This document shows, piece by piece, positions 52,230-64,000 of a stretch of 64,000 nt of DNA. Location: assembly GCA_964016885.1 (NCBI GenBank), contig OZ024741.1, positions 296,112,001 through 296,176,000 on the forward strand, given 5' to 3'. The translations under genes and the position numbers were made by a program. Source of the DNA: Eledone cirrhosa. Its lineage: Eukaryota. The notes beneath the pieces are model-generated. The model had not been told where the DNA came from, ran no database searches, and worked only from the letters and a program-made list of their open reading frames with translations. How positions within the stretch are numbered: position 1 is the first letter of the stretch; every line of letters starts with the position of its first letter.

Positions 52230-55200
52230 AAATATACTAAGTAACGTTTTTTTGTTTTTTGTTTTGTTTTCAATTCAAACGATTCAAGAACAACGTTTAA
52301 AACACAGTTGTAGAATTAAAAACTAACCGAAAAGAAATATTACCCAAGCTGTGAATAACTTTAAATTTGATTCTGACAGAACTTTGTCGAAACTTTTAAA
52401 GAAGATCATCGACTATTTTGAAAAATAAATACAAAATATTAGTGAATAGACGAACTCATCATGGCAAAACGTACAAGTCTCCTTCGACCAAATCGCAACT
52501 ACAACCGTTGTATACAGTGGAGCTACGAGCTTAACACAGAATTATATGAAGCATACAAACAATCTGAACCCCAAAAGTTCGGTTTTATGCAAAGGCTAAA
52601 CACTTTATGGAACTCCAAACATCCAGAATTAGACTGTTCTTCAAAGCATTTAAATGAACAAGCAAAACGTATCATTAGATGTAAACTGATACATCTAACG
52701 GAATTGAGTGATACTACAAATACAGCCCTTGTAGACAACCACCCCACCTCCACTGACAGACAAAGAGAATGGCCAACTAAATCTAACAGTGAACAGCTCA
52801 CCAACAATTTTGCTGAAATCCATCCCACTTCCACTGAAGAACAGCGAGAATGGTTAGCTAACTCTAGTAGTAATTGTCACCACATCAAAAACGAGGCTGA
52901 AATTCATGACTCTACTGTACAAACAGAACACCAAAAACTTGTGAACACCTTACAAGTGATATGGGACGATATGTTTCAAGAGATACACAGCCTTAATGTG
53001 AGTGACAGACCATACTAGAATCAGTAAAGAACCCACTAAATTGGAATTGGAAGCGGTGAACGAAATAGCTGACAATTATCTGAAGGCTATACGATCTAAA
53101 GGTGTAGAAACGACATTTGAAACGCTTAACATTTTGTTATATGCTTCAGCTGTCACATTGCTATCCTATAGCAAACATCTAAAACCACGCAATCAAGATA
53201 CAGACAAAAAGCCTGAACCAGCGTGGATGCGAAATTTAAAAAGCAAAATTTTGTCCCTGAGACGAAGTATCTCACACATCACAGTCGTTATGAAATGCAA
53301 CATAGAGAGCAACTTCACACAACACCAGGAAGACCTAAAAAAAAAGTTAGAGAGACGATTTGGAGATACAAAATTTAAAACTTTAAACTCCAAATGACAC
53401 CAGTTGAAACAACAACTCACAGCTACAACAGAAAAACTAAAATATAAGTCAACAGCACATAAACGACAAGTGTTATATAGATTGTTTGCCAGAGATCCTA
53501 AATCAGTTTATCGCAGCTTCGGTGGCAAAAGCTCAATCTCTGTAAATGACACCCCTTCAAAAGAACAGGTTGAGAGCTACTGGAGATCTGTATGGGAAAC
53601 GGGTGACGGATTCAACAGACAAACTAATTGGCTAAAAGAACTGGAACAGGACTACTGCCAACACGTCCAGACAAAACAATATGACATAGATGGGTCAATA
53701 CTGGAAACAGCTCTACAGAAAATGTCGAATAGGAAATCACCAGGCCCAGACCTCATTACAGGATACTGGTTGAAGAATTTCAATTTCTATCAGCAAGATC
53801 TCATACGGCTGTTTACAGAAACCATTAAAGGCACACAAGAACTGCCCAGATGGTTATCAACTGCCACTACTCTCCTCATTCCCCCAAATAGCCAAACCAC
53901 CCTTGCTAAAAATTACCGCCCAATAGCTTGCCAAAACATCATGTATAAATGATATACTGGGTGCCTTAACCTGTTCTTACAGGATCACTGTGCTACCAAC
54001 AACATCATAACACCTGAGCAAGCTGGTGGAAAGAGGGAGGTGTGGGGTTGCATAGATGACCTACTAACTAATAAAATGATTCAAGAAAAAACAACAAAGA
54101 ATCGCAGAAACATGACTGTGGTGTGGCAGGACTATCAAAAAGCATTTGATAGTGTACCTCATGGGTGGATTGTTAAGGCTTTACAGTTAGCCAAAGTCCC
54201 ACAACCACTGGTAGCTGCTGTTGAACGTCTGACCAAGAACTGGTACACCAATTTGATCCTTAGAGGTGAGAAGGAGCAAGTTAAGACTGATAAGATACAT
54301 TACCAGAAGGGCATCTTTCAGAGTGATAGCTTGTCAGTGCTACTCTTCGTTCTCTCACTAAATCCACTATCTTACCTACTCAGGAAACAAGGTGGACAAA
54401 GAAGTGGGTCCAGAAGTATCTCCCATCTTTTCTTTGTTGATGACCTCAAGTTGTATGGGCCAAATATCAATGACATCAAGAAACAATTGGACCTCATTAC
54501 ACAATTTTCAACAGACATCAAAATGAAATTTGATGAGTCCAAGTGTGCATATTTGGCAGTAAAACGTGAAAGAGCTGTGCCCTCCTCTAGAAATCTAGAG
54601 ATGAACGGCCTGACAATACAACCTCTACAGTCAGGTGACAACTACAGATATCTTGGATAGGATGAGAATGTCAGATATGATGGACCCATAAATAAGGAGA
54701 GAACCAGAACTGAATACCTCAGAAGAGTAAAGAAAATATGGTCATCAGAACTGTCAGCGTACAACAAATACATTGCCCACAATACTTATGCTGTGCCAAT
54801 TCTAACGCCAACATTTGGCCTGCTGAGCTGGTCATTGCAAGAACTAAGTGAGATGGATGTTAGAACTCGCAAAATTCTCAGTGTTACTGGGAACTTTAAC
54901 ATCAATGGTGATATGGATAAGCTATACTTCTCACACAAGGAAGGTGGCCGGGGTCTAAAATCCATATTAACATCATATGAGACCCGGATAGTAACACTGA
55001 AGCAACATCTTCAACAGAGGAAAAAGGTTGGCAACCATCTTGCCCAGGTTTATGAGCATGAAAAAAAAAATCATTAGAATAGCCACTGATCTGGAGGAGA
55101 GATATGGAATAAAGCCTGTTATAAATGTCTCACCCAGAGAAATCGGAAGATCCTATTCAATGTTTAAACAAGATGAAAAAATTGACCAATTTACAGAAAA

Positions 55201-56015
55201 AGTTGTGCATGGATACTTGAGGCGTAAAACACAGACTATAGAGGGGATAAACCACTCAAAAAGCCTGGCATGGAGTTCCGACAAATTTATGATATCACAC
55301 CTTGGGGGATATCTCTATGCAATACAGGAACAAGAACTCCCTACCAAATATCTGCTGCACAAAAGAGGAGGGCCATAAGTTGACAATAAATGTAGGCTAT
55401 GTAAAACAAAGATCGAAGATGTAAGCCACATTGTTGCCAGCTGCGAAAGAATGTCATCTCGCTACTACCTCCCATGAGACACGATGGGATAGCTAGAACC
55501 ATCTGGAACGCACTTCGGAAAACAAAATTAACAACAAACGAGGAAGAATATATTGAGACAGGTGACACTAAGGAATACTGGTGGAACCTGAAAATAAAAA
55601 CTGCCACCAAATTAAAGCACAACCGGCCTGATATTGTTGTTTGGGACCACACATTGAAAACGTGTTCTGTTGTGGAGATCAGCTGCCCACTTGATGTAAA
55701 CGTTGTCAGAAAAATACAGGAGAATGGGGACATCTACGGACCATTGATGAGGAGTTTACAAATCCAGTATCCAAGATACACCTTTAGCTTCATACCCATC
55801 ATTATTGGAGCTACGAGTTATATACCAACCCGCTTGGACCAAAGTATGACTGAACTTGGATTTGCGGACAAAGAGCGCAGCTCCCTAATTCATATTCTAC
55901 AAATGGCTGCGATAGCTGGCACCTTCAAAGTTTGCAAAACATTCTTGCGATTCAAGGGATGACAATTTCTTTTCTTTTACAACCTTGCCACCAGGAAGGT
56001 GGCCGGTCAAAAATA
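52230..56015 (+). mobile_element. Near full-length R4/Dong-clade RLE non-LTR retrotransposon (family A), inactivated by stops and frameshifts
   Basis: Collinear ORF pieces 52461-55962: KSPGPD, NYRPIAC, DYQKAFDSVPH, GIFQSDSLS, HLFFVDDLKLY (RT); GGRGL; CRLCKTKIEDVSHIVASC; RHD; KHNRPDIVVWD...VEISCP (RLE). Both ends abut TACA repeats. Confidence 0.92.
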
Positions 56016-56168
56016 ACATACATACAAACATACACAATACATACACACACACATACATACATACATACAAACATACACAATACATACACATATACACACA
56101 CACATACACACATACATACATACATACATACATACATACATACATACATACATACATACGTACATACA

Positions 56169-56200
<32 letters not shown>

Positions 56201-56484
56201 ACCAAATATACTCCAATATAAACAAACATGTCTGTATGTGTATATATTTCTGAAGAAATCTGTCTCTGTTTACGTAGGTGTTGGTGAGGGGGTATTTAAC
56301 CTGTGAAAACTATTTTCGTTACAATCTTCGTTGCAACCGGAAGCAATATCTACAAGCCATGTTAAATAGCTGTTCTTAGACAATTTCCTTATCTGTTATG
56401 CAACTTCCGCCGGAAGTAATAAGAATAAGACACTTGATTTTCTTATAAATGCATACATATATATATATATACAAGCACACACAG

Positions 56485-56544
<60 letters not shown>

Positions 56545-56762
56545 TATAATTGAAATTTTATACACTTAATTAACATATATGCGTGAACTTAGGTTTCGGG
56601 GTCCAGTTATGGCCACCTCTATATAATGGAGGAGCCGTTTTAATACCGGCTTCTCATCTGGCGCTAGGACACACTTACAAACACACACACGCAAACGCAC
56701 ACGCACACGCACACGCACGCACACACACGCACACACACACGCGCGCGCGCGCGCACACACAC

Positions 56763-56812
<50 letters not shown>

Positions 56813-56872
56813 TCATATATATTCCGTTCCTTTCTCTTCTTTCTCTTTATCTTTCTACTCTCTCTCTCTCTA

Positions 56873-58531
<1,659 letters not shown>

Positions 58532-59650
58532 CATTCCACTTATTACAATGAAGCTCTTGCTCGAAGTGGATTTGTCGATAAGGTAGCATATACAGAGTAC
58601 GAAAATGGACCTAGAAGAAATAGATCCCGTCGCATTTGTTGGTTTAACCCACCATTTAATATGGAGGTGGCCACACCATTAGCTAAGATCTTTCTTTCCC
58701 TTATTACGAAGCATTTTCCCCCTACACATAAATATAGTAAAATTTTTAATAGAAATACTATTAAAATTTCTTACTCTACGACTCCTAACCTTGCACATAA
58801 CATCACTGCTTCAAATTTAGCTAAACTACCTAGCAGTAGGAACACGAGCAACCCTGTAGTTAGTACTAACTGTAATTGTAGGAATCGGGCTGATTGCCCC
58901 TATCCGGGAAATGCCTCTCTAGTAACATTGTCTACAAATGTAAGGTTGTAACACCCACGTCCCGTAGGGCCTACATAGGGTTAACCGCCAATAGTTTCAA
59001 GCAGCGTCTTTACATGCATACCCATTCTTTTCGTTACCCTCTAAGAAGGAATATGACGTCACTTTCAGCTTATATCTGGAGTCTAAAAGACAACCACACC
59101 CAATATAAGTTACACTGGGAGATCCTAGCTAGGGCTAGATCGTATAACGGAAATAAAAGACCATGTGACCTCTGCGCCGCTGAGGCCCTGGAAATACTCT
59201 ACGCCACAGACCACATCTTAAACAAAAAATCTGAGGCAATTTCGGCTTGTAAACATAAATTGCACAAAACTTTCCTGTATTACAGCCCCACGTTATACCC
59301 TAACGGATAGTACGATCTATACGTGGATATTTTACGTCCTGATGTGGGAGCTAATTATATGTTTTGTTTATTCCTTTACTTATTTGCATAGCGAACGTTT
59401 CCACGAACCAAAGTATCGTCTTCCTGTCTTCCTCCGGTTGCAACGTTTTTTGAAATATCCAGTTCTGCGTTTACAGATTGACTTTGTTAGTTTCAGAAGA
59501 TCCCGTTAAGGGTGAAAGCAGCGATTCTTTGCTTAAACTTTAATCTGTTATTTTAATAAATATTTGCTCTACGGTTCTTATATATTTGATATATATTTAT
59601 CCTTATCGAGCCCTCTTTGGATTTTAGTCTTCAATTTTATTATTATTACT
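58532..59650 (+). mobile_element. Second, shorter inverted copy of the same Naiad-like element (head-to-head)
   Basis: Reverse complement of 57015-58046 with scattered substitutions and a frameshift near 58895. Its 3' end extends about 85 bp further into (TA)n. Confidence 0.9.
59473..59548 (+). ncRNA. Full-length type I hammerhead-like fold with variant core (copies at 57029-57104 -, 60216-60291 -, 60767-60842 +)
   Basis: Stem I ACAGATTGA..AGTTT / AAACT-TTAATCTGT with a bulge; core CAGAAGA; stem II CCC-GTTAA-GGG; GAAA; stem III GCAG/TTGC; CUU triplet. Confidence 0.62.
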
Positions 59651-59676
59651 ATATATATATATATATATATATATAT

Positions 59677-61104
<1,428 letters not shown>

Positions 61105-61562
61105 TGCGTGTATGTGTGTGTATAAGTGGAGTAAATAATAATTGTTTCTAATTTAGACACGAAGCCAACAATCCGCCTCAGAGATTTACTGGTACTTTAT
61201 TTTATCGACGCCCAGCCCCACTCCCGGGAAAGACAAAGTTGACTTTGACGGGAATTGAACTTAGAACATCAAGAGCCGTTACTAAAATCCGCAAAACATT
61301 CTGTCTGAGGCATGTCATCAAATTTCTAATGAAATATATTGTATTTCATTTATTTAATGAAGAATTTGAAGGGATTTACTAAAATTATTGATTATTTCAT
61401 TACTAAGCTGGTGTTTGTAACGTAACAAATGGTTCTTATATGAAATTATGGTGGAAGATTTTAATTTTAAGAATTTTTGTTTTTATTTTATTTTCATTTT
61501 TATATTCACTTATCAGCTGAGGAAGTACTGGGTCTTGTCATGGATTACTAGCTCTCTCTCTC

Positions 61563-61614
<52 letters not shown>

Positions 61615-61616
<2 letters not shown>

Positions 61617-62030
61617 AAATAAAGTTAAATAAAAGTCAAATGATTAAAATTTAGCTTCGTTTATTACTGCTATATATATTTCAGTGACAGCCATCTTTGG
61701 CTGTGACCTCATCAGGCAGTTTGAATTAGTATGGTATAGACAAGTACATATGTTGTTTAGGTGTATGATATTGTCAATACTCTGATATGCCCAGTTCCTT
61801 GTTGGGTTGTTAATTCACTGGGGAACTGGAGTCTGATGAGGTCACAGCCAAAGATGGCTGTCACTGAAATATATATAGCAGTAATAAACGAAGCTAAATT
61901 TTAATCATTTGACTTTTATTTAACTTTATTTTACACTACTCCGGAGTAACCAAACCAACCTGCGCACTTCGTCGAGTGCTCCAGCCTGCATACTGAGGTG
62001 TTGGTATACAACCAACATAAACTCAAAATC
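61615..62030. mobile_element. Palindromic family 1 element with hammerheads at 61666-61720 (-) and 61833-61883 (+, 5' stem lost)
   Basis: Homologous to 15388-15827; CTGATGA core; TA flanks. Confidence 0.85.
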
Positions 62031-62429
62031 TATCTATATATATATATATATATATGGTCCCGTAACTCCTGATGATGTCGTAGGGACACCGCATTGACAT
62101 ACGGCGTTTCTAGGACATTTTATAAAACCCGGTGGAGCCCATCTCCTCTCCAGATCTATATACAGCATTCTTCCAGAGAAGGAGAAGGAAAGCGAGAGTG
62201 AGAGAATGGAAATAAGAAAGAAATATAAAGGAAGAATCGACCCCAGTATTAGACTGGTACTTTTTTATCGACCTCGAAAGGATGAAAGGTAAAGTTGACC
62301 TCGGACTAGCTCTATACGGACGTTCAAATTGATTGAATAAATAACTAGAAACCCTATTTAATAGGTGATTTTGATTCGTAGGACCAGAGTCAGTTTGGAA
62401 CAAATTGGTATCAAAAGTGTTAATAGTAA

Positions 62430-62608
62430 TAATTGTTTAGCACAAGGCCAGCAATTACCCAGTGCATTACTGGTACTTTATTTTATTGACCTCGTAAGGA
62501 TGAAAGGCAAAGTTAACCTCGGCGGGATTTGAACTCAGACCCTAAAGAGCCGTAACTCTATGCTGCAAAGCATGGCGTCCGACCCTCTATCGATACTGCC
62601 AATCCACC
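62430..62608 (-). mobile_element. Deu/Nin-like tRNA SINE
   Basis: Reverse complement of the family consensus seen at 47956-48150. Confidence 0.8.
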
Positions 62609-62699
62609 AATAGTAATAATAAAGGTAATAGTGGTTGTAACCCATCATAATCAAAGACAGATCATACATCTGAAGAAGTTTCTTTTTTCACTCTCAGAC

Positions 62700-63110
62700 G
62701 ATAGCTTATCTGACTTTAATAGAACGTGCTCCTAGTTCAAGTGGCACCCATGGCAAGTGCCACGCTTGTCATTCCTTTGTTACCCCACAACTCGAGAATT
62801 GTAATTCTATATATAACTCCACAAATATGTAGTACCCTGACACTGAACAAGTGTGTGCGGGTCGCTTTCGCTGCTCTGCGTGAATCTCGGACAGGTCTGA
62901 CGAACCGAACGGTACTTCTTCCGTGGCTGTAAAGCAGTCATGGGAAAACTGCAGCCCACGAACCGCATGCGGCCGTTTGGCTTTCTGAATGGCGCATCTA
63001 ATTTCAAAATTGCCTTGAATATCTTAGTCGTGCGGCTGGCCTTATGATGAATCACATCCTATGCGGCCTACTGCCAGAAAAAGGTTGCACTTCGGTAGTA
63101 CGGATGCGTT
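62700..63110 (-). mobile_element. Possible L1/Tx1-type LINE C-terminal (zinc-knuckle) remnant
   Basis: TCPRFTQSSESDPHTLVQCQGTTYLW resembles CPxC..E...H....C.....W. Confidence 0.3.
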
Positions 63111-63114
63111 AAAG

Positions 63115-63167
63115 ATAATGATGATGGTGATGATGATGTTGACGATGATGATGACGACGACAATGGC

Positions 63168-63208
<41 letters not shown>

Positions 63209-63221
63209 CGATGGCGATGAC

Positions 63222-63261
<40 letters not shown>

Positions 63262-63313
63262 TTGATGACGACGATGATGATGATGACGATGATGATGATG
63301 ATGACGATGATAT

Positions 63314-63352
<39 letters not shown>

Positions 63353-63365
63353 CGATGGCGATGAC

Positions 63366-63402
<37 letters not shown>

Positions 63403-63530
63403 TTGATGACGACGATGATGATGATGACGATGATGATGATGATGACGATGATATTGATGATGATGATGATGATATTGATGACGACGATGATGATGATGAT
63501 GATGATGATGATGACGATGACGAGACGATA

Positions 63531-63561
<31 letters not shown>

Positions 63562-63580
63562 CGGTGATGATGATGATGAC

Positions 63581-63614
<34 letters not shown>

Positions 63615-63620
63615 GTGATA
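63115..63620. repeat. (ATG)n/(ACG) microsatellite
   Basis: Read directly from the sequence; explains the poly-M and poly-S ORFs. Confidence 0.97.
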
Positions 63621-64000
63621 GAGATGATAGACAACCGCTTCCGCAAAAGCCTCACATCACAATAACAACAACAACAGCAGCACTCCCACCCCTCCTCGGT
63701 CTTACTCTGTGAACTTTAGTTGATAAAGCTTATAAAGAATGTGATAAAGAAGGTGGTGTGTTGTAAGGTGGGCGGTTTAAGGTTCGAATTTAAGGTGGGT
63801 TGACATTAAGGAGTATTTCAAGAATGTATGTGTCTATTCATCGTAATTAGAATGTCATGTTCGACATCACCGCCGCCGCCGCCACCAACACCACCAACAC
63901 CACCAACAACAACAACACCCCCACCACTACCAACAACAACATCACCACTACCACTACTACCACCACCACCACTACCACCACCTCCACCACTACTACCATC

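Noticed and set aside
58532-58589. N-terminus MLPYRQIHFEQELHCNKW of the 440 aa ORF
   Set aside because: It is antisense read-through from the inverted second copy, not the real start of the PLE protein.
62057-62125. CTGATGA hammerhead-like start in a TA-adjacent repeat (relative at about 17370-17435)
   Set aside because: It has GACA instead of GAAA and poor stems, so it is too degenerate to call.

Overview
This is eukaryotic, AT-rich and microsatellite-saturated DNA. The repeat landscape strongly suggests an octopus or other cephalopod genome (inference). There is one clear host gene: a 4-coding-exon MAP-kinase phosphatase of the DUSP1/4/5 type on + (CDS 7482-7842, 25560-25657, 26597-26816, 27185-27522; 338 aa) with a 17.7 kb intron. 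The rest is transposon-derived: Penelope-like elements (a Neptune-like fragment at 1-1440 and a Naiad-like RT/GIY-YIG element at 57.0-59.6 kb), R4/Dong-type RLE retrotransposons embedded in (TACA)n, tRNA-derived SINEs, RTE fragments, MITEs and minisatellites. The most striking unexplained structure is a series of about 10 head-to-head palindromic insertions, mostly inside (TA)n tracts. Several carry a type I hammerhead ribozyme on each arm, pointing outward. There are at least 4 palindromic hammerhead families plus several solo hammerheads, including a full-length fold with a non-canonical CAGAAGA core. One truncated copy starts at the predicted cleavage site. Most ORFs in the supplied track are microsatellite artefacts. 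All folds were derived by eye and need computational and biochemical confirmation.
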